Of a stretch of 64,000 bases of DNA, positions 13,678 to 26,390 are shown piece after piece. Numbering within the stretch: position 1 is the first letter of the stretch; every line of letters starts with the position of its first letter. The position numbers and the translations under genes are program-made. The DNA lies in the NCBI RefSeq assembly GCF_044704955.1, contig NC_091989.1, positions 104,966,001 to 105,030,000 of the forward strand, written 5' to 3'. The notes beneath the pieces were generated by a model. It saw nothing but the letters and a program-made list of their open reading frames with translations, was not told the origin of the DNA and did not search any database. This DNA is from Pristiophorus japonicus. Taxonomy: Eukaryota.

Positions 13678-14612
13678 AATCATAGAATCATAGAAATTTA
13701 CAGTATGGAAGGAGGCCATTTCGGCCCATCGAGTCCGCACCAGCTGTCCAAGAGCTATCCAGCCTAATCCCACTTTCCAGCTCTTGGCCCGTAGCCCTGT
13801 AGCTAACGGCACTTTAAGTGCACCTCCAAGTATTTTTTTAAATGTGGTGAGGGTTTCTGCCTCTACCACCCTTTCAGGCAGTGAGTTCCAGACCCCCACG
13901 ACCTTCTGGGTGAAGAGATTTCCCCTCATATCTCACCTAACCCCCCCACCCCCCCCCACCCAATTACTTGAAATCTAGGTGCCCTAGTTGTTGACCCCTC
14001 TGCCAAGGGAAACAAGTCCTTCCTATCCACTCTATCCAAGCCCCTCATAATTTTATACACCTCAATAAGGTCTCCCCTCAGCCTCATCTGTTCCAAAGAA
14101 AACAGACCCATCATCTCCAAACTTTCCTCATAGACAAAATTTTCCAATCCAGGCAACATTCTTGTAAATCTCCTCTGTGCCCTTTCCACTGCAATCACAT
14201 CTTTCATGTCATGTGGTGACTGGAACTGCACACGGTACTCCAGCTGTGGCCTAATCAGTGTTTTATACAGTTCAATCATAACCTCCTTGCTCTTGTATTC
14301 CATGCCTCAACTAATAAGGCAAGTGTTCCATATGTCTTCTTAACCACCTTACCTTCCTGGCCTGCTACCTTCAGGGATCTGTGGACCAGCACTCCAAGGT
14401 CCCTTTATTCTTCTACGCTTTTCAGTTTCATACCATTTGATGTGTATTCTCTTGCCTTGTTAGACTTCCCCAAATGCATTACCTCACACTTATCCAGATT
14501 GAATTCCATTTGCCACTGTTCCACTCACCTCATCAGTACATTGATATCTTCCTGCAATCTGCAGCTTTCTTCATTATTAACCACACAGCCTATTTTAGTG
14601 TCATCTGCCAAC
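13678..14612 (-). mobile_element. CR1 LINE 3' fragment
   Basis: ADD to RPQLEYRVQF, RGDLIEVYKIM; (CATAGAAT)n tail. Confidence 0.88.
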
Positions 14613-14999
14613 TTCAGGCGTGAAGTGCTGGCCAATTGCTGGGCTTCAATGAGGGAGGACAGTTGAGGTGGACAATGATTCTTCATCAATCAAGCTGCTA
14701 CCATAAATTCACTCCTTCAGAACAGGGCGGAAGAAATATGAATACTGTCTGCTTTATTATACTATTATATAGCTCACAGCTATAATGAATTTATATTCAC
14801 ATTTTACCAAACCGCAGCAGTGAGTGCAATTTAATAGTATGACATCCAGCACTGTGTCCCTAAGTAGTTCAGATGTTAGGTCAGCTACTGTTATGTTCAC
14901 CTCAGATGCCTGCCACCCTCGCCTACCCTACCTGAAGATGGAACTGTGGGGAGAATCTGATTAGAATGATCCATATTTTACTGATTTAAAGAGAAAGGA

Positions 15000-15445
15000 G
15001 ATTGTAATGAAAGTGAGGCCATATAAACAATTTTAAAGCGGGTGCAGAATTAGAAAGACCTGGGGTTGTACATGCACAAATCTTTGAAAGTGGCAGGACA
15101 AGTTGAGGATGCTGCTAAAAAAAAGTGTATGGGATTCTTGATTATATTATTCGAGGCATAGAGTACAAAAGCAAGGAAGTTATGCTAAACCGTTATAAAA
15201 CACCAGTTAGGTCTCAGTTGGTGTATTGTGCTCAAATCTGGGCACCAGTCTTTAGGAAGGATGTCAAGGCCTTAGAGAGGGTGCAGAAGAGATTTACTAG
15301 AATGGTACCAGGAATGAGGGATTCAGTTACGTGGCGAGGCTGGAGAAGCTGGGGATTTTTCTCCTTAGAGAAAAGAAGGATGAGAGGAGATTTGATAGAG
15401 GTGTTCAAAATTCAAACGGTTTTAATAGAGTAAATAAAGAGATTA
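15000..15445 (+). mobile_element. CR1 LINE fragment, truncated by a Harbinger-type element starting GGGCTAGAAATT near 15449
   Basis: RGIEYKSKEVML...ERVQKRFTRMVPGM; homology stops abruptly at a GGGCTAGA terminus. Confidence 0.75.
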
Positions 15446-16220
15446 AATGGGCTAGAAATTGGTCTTTTGGCAATGGTGGTATTTTGTCGGCATTTTTCAC
15501 CAAAAATACCATTAAAAATACAGTTTTTTTTAAGGGCATAAAATTGGTTAAAAAAAATGCACCCGACGGTAAAAATCGAGGATTCACGGTGGAAACGGCG
15601 GTCCTCACCAGCATTAGTCCGAGGCCGATTACCGCTAAAAAGACAGGCCCTGGGAGGGGGGGAAACACACAAAAAAATTGCTAAAATAAAAAAAATCACA
15701 ACACATTCACAAGGCACTTAACTAGCGAATCGCTGAAAAAGAATTAAACAATAAAAACTTAACTTACCTTGCAGATCTTCATTGCCGCTGTTTTTGGGGC
15801 TGCAATGCACACTTTTCTCGGACTTTTTTTTCACCTAGAATACTAGTACATCAAACGGCGAATTTAAAGCGATTTCACTTTTCTTCGTCTTGCACGACGG
15901 CGGTCCGCTCGCTTTTCAGCGGTATTTCAAAACCGCCGAAACCACGACTGAATATTTGTCTCCTCTCGCTGTCCACGCATCTACATGAAGAACACTGTCC
16001 GCGCCTGCGGCCTGAATCCTTATTTTCAGGATTGAGAAGAGGATCAAATGTAAATGTTGATGAAGCAGATTATTGGAATGAAGTGCCCGCTGGGAAAGCA
16101 TTGCTTCTCAGGTGGAAACTTTTCAGCCGCGAGTTCAGAGCGGGCCTGGCAGAAGTATAACCGGAACTCCTTTAGTCATGTGATATCGCATGTCAGGGTC
16201 ACACGTTTCATATATTTACC

Positions 16221-16227
16221 TATAAAA
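16221..16227 (+). promoter_or_regulatory. Candidate TATA box of the Ig-superfamily gene
   Basis: TATAAAA about 72 nt upstream of ACCATG at 16299; ETS-like CCGGAAC near 16161. Confidence 0.5.
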
Positions 16228-16298
16228 TCCATTTCTTACACAAACCATTGAGGACACCATTCACATTTGCAGCAAATGGCCAACTAACTATTTGCACC

Positions 16299-16353
16299 AT
16301 GTCGGTGAGAGCAACAGTTCAGTACATGGCTCTTCTGGGCATCCTTTGGCCAG
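16299..16353 (+). CDS. IgSF receptor exon 1: signal peptide MSVRATVQYMALLGILWP
   Basis: Kozak-like ACCATG, 55 nt, phase-1 donor CAG|GTACT, in frame with the V exon. Confidence 0.85.
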
Positions 16354-16536
16354 GTACTTTTAGTTATATGCTTCCGCTACTGAACAGAAAATCCTATTTT
16401 AAAAGATTCTACAACTGTTGTCTATTGTAAAGTTAGATAGTGTGCTTTTCCAATTTGATTGCTGGTGTTTCTTAATTATTCTTGTATTTTACGTCTCTTA
16501 ATTATTTTTTCGCCATTCTTGTTTATTTTCTGACAG

Positions 16537-16842
16537 CCGTTGAAGTAAATTCGAACAAAGTGCATCAATTCCCTAAACACATGGAGGTTGCCAGGGGCAC
16601 AAATGTTTCCATGTTCTGCACATTTTCTATATTTCAAGATGCCCCCGATGTTTATTGGTGGAGACGCGGCGACCAGACGCTTCTGGAGCCAGACAGCAGA
16701 AAGCAATTTAATGTAAAGAAGGGCAGAGGGTCATTTGATGTCCTGAATGCGAGTGTCGCAGACTCTGGAATGTATTACTGTACAGTAAAACATAATCAAA
16801 CCGATGTTGGAGATGGAAATGGCTCCCGGCTTACTGTGTTCG
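16537..16842 (+). CDS. IgSF receptor exon 2: V-set domain with germline-joined J-like segment (NKp30/SIRP/VJ-type)
   Basis: Polypyrimidine tract TTTTCTGACAG| and donor |GTAAGT, 306 nt, phase 1-1. Motifs VSMFC, VYWW, DSGMYYC and GNGSRLTV. Confidence 0.93.
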
Positions 16843-17994
16843 GTAAGTGCCATTGTGCCGTGGAGTGGGAGATTCTCAGCAGTGTGCGGTATGTGTAAAC
16901 CTTAATTGTGGGGGTAATTTGAACTTTTATCACTGGACGAAAACCTGATGATAGCAAGTTCGTTTTACACTTCTCCCGATATTCTTTTGCTTTGACCTCG
17001 GTGTACTCCAGCCCGCGGAATCGCTATCGCCCATTTTGCGCTACTGCCCAAGATCAATTTCACCCCTTCATTGTCCGCATGAAATTCCAAAGTGCTTTAC
17101 ATCCAATAAGTTATTTGGAAGTGCAGTTACAGTTGTTATGGAGGCAAGATACTGGAAGAGTATACTTGTTTAAATCTTGGCTTGAAATGAATAACTGGGA
17201 TTAGGTGACCAGATTTCTTATCACCAAAATAGCGGTGCCGTGGAGCGACATTGGGAACAATGTTAACACTTCTTAGGTCAAATCTTTTATATAACATTAA
17301 AGGTCATCTGCTCCACTCCAACAAGGTGCCTTCGTTACAAACTCAGCAGAACAATGTCTTGCTGCAACCCTGTTTATTTCATATACCGGGTAACCTTTTG
17401 AAATTGCCAATCTAATATTTTATATTCTGAATTGCCCAAAATGTGGAATTCCCTTTCCCAGAATGCTGTGGATGGAGAAACAATTGAAGCTTTCAATATG
17501 GAGATGGATGGATTTCATTAGGCACGGGTATCAAGGGATATAGAGTTAAGTGGGACAAAATAATTTCAGATACAGATCAACCATGATCTAATTGAATGGC
17601 CTCTTCCTCTTCCTATGTCCGCAGTTTAGGCTGTGCACTTGCTTCCATCGAGAAATTATTTGAAACTGCCAAACTAATTTCACAAATGAATCTTACAACC
17701 CATTGAGAGGGGCTGTGTTGTTCTTACCCTCATTACTGGATTGGAACCCAAGTCCTAGAGCTGATGGGGCAATGTAGGAACCCAATGACTCCTTGAAACT
17801 CGGTCTTATGTCAACTGAACTTTTTTATACACTCACAACTGGGCAGGATATCACCAAACATTTCTCTAAACGCCTGGGCTCCCGTATTTCTACTTGATGG
17901 TTTCCATTTACACTCCCCCAAAACCGAGACTGCAGTTGTGGCAGGAGATCAGAGAACACCGAGCCCGCCACCTCCACGGAAATTCTGCCGCATT

Positions 17995-18725
17995 CATTTC
18001 ATAGGCAGTCCCTCGGAATCGAGGAAGACATGCTTCCACTCCAAAAGTGAGTTATTTGATGGCTGAACAGTCCGATACGAGAGCCACAGACCCTGTCACA
18101 GGTGGAACAGACATTCGTCGAGGAAAGGGGTCGGTGGGGCTGGTTTGCCGTGCGCTCCTTCCACTGCCTGCGCTTGGTCTCTTCACGTTCTTTGCGTTGA
18201 AACTCGAAAAGCTCAACACCCTCCCGGATGCACTTTCTCCACCTCAGGCAGTCTTTGGCCAGGGTCTCCCAGGTGTCAGTGGTGATGTCGCACATTACCA
18301 GGGAGGCTTTGAGGGTGTCCTTATAACGTTTCCACTGCCCTCCTTTGACTCGTTTACCATGAAGGAGATCCGCATAAAGCATTTGCTTCGGGATGCTCGT
18401 ATCTGGCATGCAGACTATGTGGCCTGCCCAGTGAAGCTGATCGAGTGTGGTCAGTACTTCAATACTGGGGATGTTAGCCTGGTCGAGGACACTGATGTTG
18501 GTGCGCCTGTCCCCCAGGGGATTTGCAGGATCTTGCGGAGACATCGTTGGTGATATATCTCCAGCGACTTGAGGTGCCTTCTATACATCGTCCATGTCTC
18601 GAATCCATACAGGAGGGCGAGTATTACTACAGCCCTGTAGACCATGAGCTTGGTGGAAGATTTGAGGGCCTGGTCTTCAAACACTCTTTTCCTCAGACAG
18701 CTGAAGGCTGCACTGGCACACTGGA
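17995..18725 (-). mobile_element. RTE LINE 3' fragment with 8-bp TSD
   Basis: QLHWAGHIVCMPDTSIPKQMLY...KRYKDTLK and a C2H2-like end; TSD GCCGCATT at 17987-17994 and 18726-18733; empty site at about 29540. Confidence 0.9.
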
Positions 18726-19866
18726 GCCGCATTACATATTAGATATAAACAGATCCATGGGGAAGGAATGGAGGAATTCTGATCTTAGGTTGGGCAGTCA
18801 ACACGGTGCTGCTGGGAATAAAGGCCAAGATACTTTTCCAAGTTAATAATGCCCTGATTTAATAAATTGCTATTGCTACAAAGTCGGACAAGTACAAATG
18901 TAAGGAAAAGATGTTAAGGAGATTGTTTGTAATAAACTGACAAAACAATGCCAACCTAATGAGGGACTCCATTTCCAGCTAAAGAGTGTCTGTCGCTCCT
19001 TCGGACAGAGGGTCACCTTAGTAACAGACGATTGTAGGACTGATATAAGCAGAATCTTCTTCAGGCAAAACGTGTTCAACAGAGCGAATAGACTTCGGGC
19101 AGGGCAAAAACCCTGGAATTATATAAGACATGCACTCTGAGTTAGGATTTCCTATTGGGTTTACCCCACCTGTATGGATGTTGTGATCTACACAGATACA
19201 CAATTATCAATATGACGTGAAAAATATTCCGGCCCTCGGTTCGCGTACTGGAGAAAGTACATTAGGAAAAGCTGCATCATCTGAAATCTCCCCCACACAA
19301 ACTGAAATGCTGAGTCTATAGATTAGCAGCATCCAGTCTGCCGTCTGTGTAGACATCAGAGATATTTCAATACATTATGTACATCTCCTCAGTATTCACC
19401 GATAATTTTGGAATGTTTCGCAATATATGAAATATCCGAAAAACGACCAATTTTGAAACAAACACACAAAATATTTAACAACGCAAAGATTATTAATGAA
19501 TAAAAAGGGCCGTTCCCACTGTTCGTGTAGACTGGGTTGCGCTCTCTCGGATATATTCGGACAGTAACCTCACTCGGAGTCACAATCGCACGCCAGGATT
19601 TGATACTTCCATTGAGAACAGTGATGTGAACCTCCCTGCATGTTACCGATCCTGGGACTTTGGCCCAGTTTGCGTACCGTTTCCAATACCCGTCATTTTG
19701 CTGTGCTGTGCAATCTATAAAATAAATGCAAACAAGTTCAAAAAACGACAGCGCGAATAACTATTGTTAACTATACGGTAACCGCATAAGGAGGGTAGGT
19801 AAATGAGAATGTGTTCCTTTAAATTGAAAAATAATGATCGATGTAATATTTTTTTCTCTGTTAAAG

Positions 19867-20160
19867 TTCCCCCAACCCCCCTAAAAATGGCTGCTGTCGA
19901 AGGAATTTCAGCGACTTCCCTGAAACTCGAGTGTAAAACGGCTGGCATTTACCCGGAGCATTTAGAAATCTCCTGGCGAAGAGATGGTATCGCAAATCTG
20001 ACCGGAATAGTAACTGTGCGAAACAGGAGCGGGGGACTGTATGAGGTTTTCAGCTGGTTGGAAGAAGCACAACCTACCCAGAACGGAGTTGTTTATACAT
20101 GTCTGGTATCTCATGTGTCTCTTCGGGTGCCCGCCAATGTCAGCTACACTGTACAGCAAG
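19867..20160 (+). CDS. IgSF receptor exon 3: C1-set domain
   Basis: TTTTCTCTGTTAAAG| ... CAAG|GTAAGA, 294 nt, phase 1-1. Motifs LECKTAGIYPEHLEISW, GLYEVFSWL and YTCLVSHVSL. Confidence 0.92.
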
Positions 20161-20344
20161 GTAAGATTAGAAACATTTACAGCGGGGAACTGCTCCAACC
20201 TGTATTTACTTATTAACAAGCAGCTGTTCAAACCCAATGATATTGGGTAAATGAGAACTGTACTTACTGTTAATGTCACATCAATGGGAATGAAATAAAA
20301 ATATGCAAAACGTGGAGTAAAGGAGGGAGACTATCTCCCTGGAA

Positions 20345-20640
20345 GATATTTGATAGGGTGTTCAAAATCATGAGGAGTTAGAGAGTAGATAGAGAGAAAC
20401 TGTTCCCACTGGCAGAAGGGTTGAGAACCAGAGGACAAAGTTTTAAGGTGATTGGCAGAAGAACTAAAGGCGACATGAGCAAAAACAGTTTTACACAGTG
20501 AGTGGTTAGGATCTGGAATACACCGCCTGAAAGGGTGGTGGAGGTAGACTCAATTGTGGCTTTCAAAAGGGATCTGAATAAGTACCTGAGAAAAAAAGGC
20601 AGGACCATGGAGAAAGGGCGGGGGTGTGAGACTAGCTTGT
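20345..20640 (+). mobile_element. CR1 LINE 3' fragment
   Basis: VVRIWNTPPERVVE...FKRDLNKYL. Confidence 0.7.
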
Positions 20641-20830
20641 TCTTCTTTCGCATGATAGTAGCAAGGCAAATCAGATGTCGAAGTCAGATATCCAGGCCAA
20701 AGCTCCCGGTGTAACTCTGAGGTCAGTGCTCAATGATGTACCCAGGGTCTGATTAGGAGCTCCACAATCGCTGATGGCGATGCTTTAATCTTCCACCTAT
20801 GGAGAAGGTGCCAGCATCTACATGACCAGT

Positions 20831-21272
20831 TGTCGAGGAAATAGGAGACTTTCAGAACTGCACTTCGAGAGAATTGTATTTTAAAAAGCGAGATATCTCG
20901 GAGAGCCTGCTTGGACCGTACCAAGGCAGAAAACTCTGCCGTACAGGCAAATTATCCCTATCTTTATACAGAAATTGAATACAGAAATATAAAAGGAATC
21001 TTATTCATTAGTCCCGCGAGTACAAAGGTCGTCTCGGGAGGTACACACTCTATCTATCCTTGTATAGTTTCTCCCTGTTCACAGTCTGATAAGCAGAATA
21101 AAAGGAGACTCCCTTTTAATACCAGATGGTCATTTAATTGCATCTCTAAGTTTCAAAGCTAAAAAAAACGTGGCTATTTTTCTAGTCCTATTATTTATTT
21201 AAGCATAGCAAAAACAGAATTTAACCCTTCCCTTTTCCATAAGCCATAGATTCATAGATTCTTTCTTCCACA
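20831..21272 (-). repeat. ERV 3' LTR (442 bp)
   Basis: Direct repeat of 27482-27943; preceded on the minus strand by the purine tract GAGGAGGGAAT (21273-21283). Confidence 0.96.
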
Positions 21273-21318
21273 ATTCCCTCCTCGTTGATCTTTTTATTTT
21301 TTAGATCAACACAATTTC

Positions 21319-22533
21319 CTATATTCTCTTCTTGAGCAAAAGTGGGTTTATTACTTGACTAATTACATTTTTTAATTTTATCCACATTCCGCAAAGGATT
21401 ATTAATAATACAAGCATAACCACGCCTACGATTACTATGGGGTGTATAGCAAGCTTCAGTACTGCTGTAGCTTTTGGGGACCATCCGGTAAACACATCCC
21501 ACCAGTGGTGTACTGTCAAAGAGGTGACTTCATCTGCGATTCTCACTAGCTGCCCCTTCTTGTAACTCATTTCGACTCTAAATTGGTGGATGTCTCTGCC
21601 TTGCTTTGATTTCTTATCATTCCGTATCAAATTGTGCAGTCTGGTCAAATTAATTACAGGGGGTAAGGGTTCAATCTTGTGCATAGACAGATATTTTTCT
21701 TCATTTTGCCACTGCCCAAGGGTATAAGTTCTTTTTACTTCAGGGTCATACAGGGTGTAAACTCTTCTCACGCATTTATTAATGGGGGGTTTATACAAAA
21801 TTCCATCCAGATTACAACTGGTATATCTTTTTTTTTTGAGGGCTAATGGTTAAATTAAGAAGCTTATCTCTTTTGTTAATTTCCAGCAACCTTTCCCATG
21901 TGTTAGCATGGAAGGATAATATTTTCCTTTCTAACTCGGCTCTTAATAGCTGTCTGATCATTTCTTTAAACAGGCAATGGGTGTACTTGTTTACTCCCTG
22001 TTGTTCTTTCATTAGGTTCCCTATTTCCTTCTCTATCCCTTCATTCTGTTGCCAGGTCATTTCATTTATGACGTAACCTGATATCTGTAATTGCTGTAAT
22101 CCTTCATCCCAGGCATTTCTGATTTTTATTCCTGCTCCCACTCCACCTAACACAGTCTCTAATACATCCCGTTTCTTTCTTTGGTGTCTTTCTTTTTCAA
22201 ACCATCTTCTTTCTTTGGGGGATATTTAATTCGTATTGTTAGATTTAATACACCTGGGGATCTTACCACTGGGATGCAAGTGGTCAGTATCCTTTTTAGA
22301 TGTCCCGGGTCCCGGTCTTCTGGGTGGCCGGATTCTTTTACTGACCATTTTACCACAAATAGGTCTCCTCCATTGCCTTGCTGCCTCATACTATTACTTC
22401 TTTCCCATACCATATTTCCCTTCCATACTCTTCCTTCTTTTAGGACTTCTTCCTCCTGCCGGGAGTTCCCTGTCGCTAAAATGATCAGTATACCTAACGT
22501 CCATTTATAATTTTTCCAAGAGTCCCTTCCCAT
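21319..22533 (-). pseudogene. env: ERV envelope glycoprotein, frameshifted
   Basis: Signal peptide WTLGILIILATG, furin site RKKR|DVLETVLGGVGAGI (about 22181-22130), heptad-like region, and TM anchor IHPIVIVGVVMLVLLIILCGMWI, spread over three ORF pieces. Confidence 0.85.
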
Positions 22534-22748
22534 CTTCCCTTTCTTGTTTGTTTCTATACCACTCTTGAATTAAGTTGTTACAATAACAACACGTCTACAC
22601 GATAGTAACAGTGACCCAAATAATAAAGGCCCAAACTGGCACACAAATGAGCTCTGACATCCGTCCGTGAATTTTGGGCAATATTTTCAAGTCCAAATAT
22701 TCAATACAAGAGCAGGTACAGTTCTTTAGCGAGAAGATGGCTGTTTTC

Positions 22749-25700
22749 TTAGTCGGGCGACCGTAGTACGTCTTGGTTCAATGCCTTTTCCTTCGGCTGT
22801 AATTCGTCGTGGAAATAATATTTACAGCGGGTTGCATGCACCCAGTTCGGGTGCTTTTCCAACTTCAAAGCGGTTCGTGTTGTGAGAATTATCTGATACG
22901 GTCCTTTCCACCTAGGAGAAAAGGATTCTTTATTTAATGTTTTTACTAACACTTGATCTCCAGGTCTGAAAGGGTGCATATTTCTTTCCGATGGGGGCAA
23001 CTGTGTCTGCTTTATTTGTTCATGCAGACTCCTTGCTATTTCACACATGGCCTGAGCATACTTTAGTGATTTTTCATCATTCCAAATTAATGCTATTTTT
23101 TCATCTGCCAGTGGTGGTTTTACACCAGTAGGCATTGGTCTTCCCAATAAGGCTTCATGTGGTGTTAAATCAGTGTTTCGGTTTTTCTGGTTTCTCATTG
23201 TATACAATACTAATGGTAAGGCTTCTGGCCACTTCAGTCCAGTCTCCTGACATACCTTGGTAAGGGTAGATTTTATTATCCCATTTACTCTTTCTACCAT
23301 TCCCGAGGACTGTGGCTGATATGGTATATGTAACTTCCACTGGAACCCTAACGCTTCTGCAAGATTTTGCACTATTTTTCCGGTGAAGTGGGTTCCCCTG
23401 TCACTGTTGATTCCCATAGGTATCCCATATCTTGGTACTATTTCTTTAAATAGAATTTTTACTACTGTTCGGGCATCGTCTTTCCTAGTGGCGTACGCTT
23501 CTACCCACCTTGTGAACATATCTACTATGACTAATAGATACTTAAGACCTGATACTGGAGGCATGTGGACAAAGTCAATTTGCAAATTTTCAAAGGGCAT
23601 ACTTGGTTGGGGTAGATGATCATATCCAGCAGGTGTTTTACCTCTGTTATTTTGTTGACAAATTTGGCATGTTCTAGCAACTTTCTCAATTACTACTGTT
23701 ATTCCTGGTGCATACCACTGTGCATTAATAGCATGTATCATCCCTCCTTTGCCCATGTGAGCCTGACCGTGTGCTAGGCGAGACAGGGGCAAAAATAGAG
23801 ATCTAGGGCAAACAGTTCGCCCATCAGGGTGATACCAAATGTCGATTTTTAGAAAACAACCCTGGTTTTCCCAAGTTCTTCCTTCCTGCATGGTAACTTG
23901 TTGTTGGGCTGTTTAAAGTTGTTGGATGTCAAGTACCTGTGGAGGGGAAACTGAGACTGCTTGAAGGCAGTCTGCCTGTGCTGAAGCGGCCTGTTTGGCT
24001 GCTTCATCAGCCCTCCTATTTCCTACTGATACTTCATCCTCACCGGTTGTGTGAGCTGCACATTTGATAATGGCTACCTTACTTGGCAACTGAATGGCGT
24101 CTAGTAGATTAAGCACCAGTTGAGAGTGCTTAATATGCTTTCCACCAGAGGTGATAAAGCCTCTGTTTTTCCACAGTTGTCCAAAATCATGGACCACACC
24201 GAATGCATATCTAGAATCAGTATAGATATTAGCAGTATGATCTTTAGCTATTATACAAGCTCTAATGAGGGCAAACAATTCAGCAGCCTGAGCCGAGGTT
24301 CCGGGAGGCAGGGCGAATGCTTCAACAGTTTCGTGGGGATTTACAATAGCATAGCTTGCCAAAAACAAATCATCCGACGGCCTATGTGATGATCCATCCG
24401 TATAGAGAATAAGATCAGGATTGTCCATGGGCTCTGTGAGCAAATCTGATCTTGGTGAGGTGGCTATTTCCACCGTTAACAGACAATCATGCTGGTCTGG
24501 ATCCTCTACTTCTTTAGTAGGAAGAAAGGTGGCTGGGTTCACTACCGGTGCACGTCGAAAGGTATAGTTAGGGTGTGACAGCAGTAATACTTCATAACCT
24601 GTTCTTCCAGACGCTGTAAAGTGTTGTGTGGCAGCTGAATTCAAAAGTAATAACACAGCATGGGCTGTAATAACAGTACATGGATGATCCAAAACAATAG
24701 GTACCGACTTTTCCACCATGACCGCAGTAGCAGCTACAGCACGTAGACATGCTGGCATTCCCCTTACTACTAGAGGCAGCAAAAATGAATAATAAGCAAC
24801 TGGTCTATTTCCCCCACCATGTTCTTGGGTTAGTACTGCTGTTGCAAATCCTTCTTTCTCATTCACATACATCTGAAAAGGTTTACCATAATTCGGAAGT
24901 CCCAACGCCGGAGCATTAGTAATGGCTTTCTTTAACTATTTAAATGTCTCCTCTCTCTCTGGGGTCCACTCCACCTTGGGTGGGGCATCATTTAGGGCAG
25001 CTGATCTTAGGACCGCATCCCATTCTCGATAATTGTCTGAATTCTTTCTGGTCCTAGCTGCCTCTGCCCTTTAGATATGTGAAAACCCAGGTACTGGACT
25101 TGAGTCTGACAAAATTGTAACTTTTGTAACGACACTCGGTGCCCTCTTTCACATAGGTGCTGTAACAGTGTCAGGGAATCTTGCATGCACCTGTATCCGT
25201 GGCTAGAAGCCACAAGCAAATCATCCGCACACTGCAGCAGTACAGACTGGTCTGATAATGAACAGTCTTCGAGGTCTCTTTTTATTGCTGCTGCATATAC
25301 TGCGGGGCTTTCGGTGTATCCTTGGGGCAACCTGGTCCATGTGTACTGCTGCTTCTTGTGGGTGAAAGCAAACAGATACTGACTTTCTTGATTTAACGGG
25401 ATGGAGAAAAAAGCTGAACACAGGTCTATTGCAGTAAAGACAGTTGCTGTTGGTGGTATAGCAGATAGTATAATGTTGGTGTCCGGTACCACAGGGGTGA
25501 TAGGGACTACTATCTTATTAATAGCTCTCAGATCTTGCACAAATCTCCATTCCTACAATCATCGGACCCATATCTTTAGGTTTCGCTGGCGGTTTTACAG
25601 CCAATGTCAGATGGGGTGTCGAGTTCGCTTCTCTAAACCGCTGTTGCTGTAAGGGTGTCAAATCGATGGCTACCCCCAATCCTTCTGGTCCAAAATAAAT

Positions 25701-26372
25701 GCGGGGCGTAGCTTCTACTATTTCTTCTCTATTTAAAAAGGATTGTACCAAACACTGGTAAGTTTCAGCTTTTTGTCGAGTGTACCAGGCTGTACAGTGA
25801 AGCTGAACTGCCTCAAAGCTTGTCAAAATTATATACATCAATTCTTCAGTATTAGAGTCAATTTTAGCTTTTAAGTTTTGTATAACTTCATGTATCAAGG
25901 GGGAATAGAAGTTGCCATTCAATTGCCAACAATAGAGGGCAGCCTTTTCTTTGTTATCCTCCCTTTTCTCTTTTTTAATCCGATTAAAGAACTGATGGAT
26001 TTTATTTGGAGGGAGCTCCATGAACATTCCTTCCTTTGTGCAATAAATTGTGGCTCCTAGTTTGCACAAAGTCTGTCTTCCCAATAAAGGGAGAGGTGTT
26101 GTTTTAGAGACTATCAAAGTCTCATCATTAACTGATTGTCCTTCAATTATCAATTTGGTAGGTTCAGATAAAAATTCTTTCATGGGGATACCGGCCACAC
26201 CCATACTTAAGACGGTGGTGTTGCTTACAGGTAATCCCACAGAGGATGGTACAGAAGACATAGTAGCACCGGTATCCACCAGGAATTTCATATAAGTGTC
26301 TCCTACTTTTACTACTGCCAGAGGGTTTTCTTCTATGTCTGCCAATAAGCGGAGGGCTGCCGCCTGTACCAC
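22749..26372 (-). pseudogene. pol: ERV pro-pol: protease, 2H-like insert, RT (deleted and mutated), RNase H, integrase
   Basis: LVDTGA/LLGR protease; QDLRAINK, LPQGY and CADD (YxDD mutated); YTDGSS, SAQAAEL, YTDSRY, GNRRAD RNase H; HHCC, LQIDF, SDRGTHF, VERVN and WKGPY in an open 380-aa integrase ORF. Confidence 0.95.
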
Positions 26373-26390
26373 TAAGCCTCCGGGGCATCC

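Noticed and set aside
16843-16900. CATTGTG after the V exon as a possible RSS heptamer
   Set aside because: It is mismatched, lies in the intron after an already complete J-like segment, and has no properly spaced nonamer.
20911-21162. Near-identical 83-aa ORFs at 20911 and 27583
   Set aside because: They lie inside the two LTRs, start at TTG, and reflect LTR identity only.
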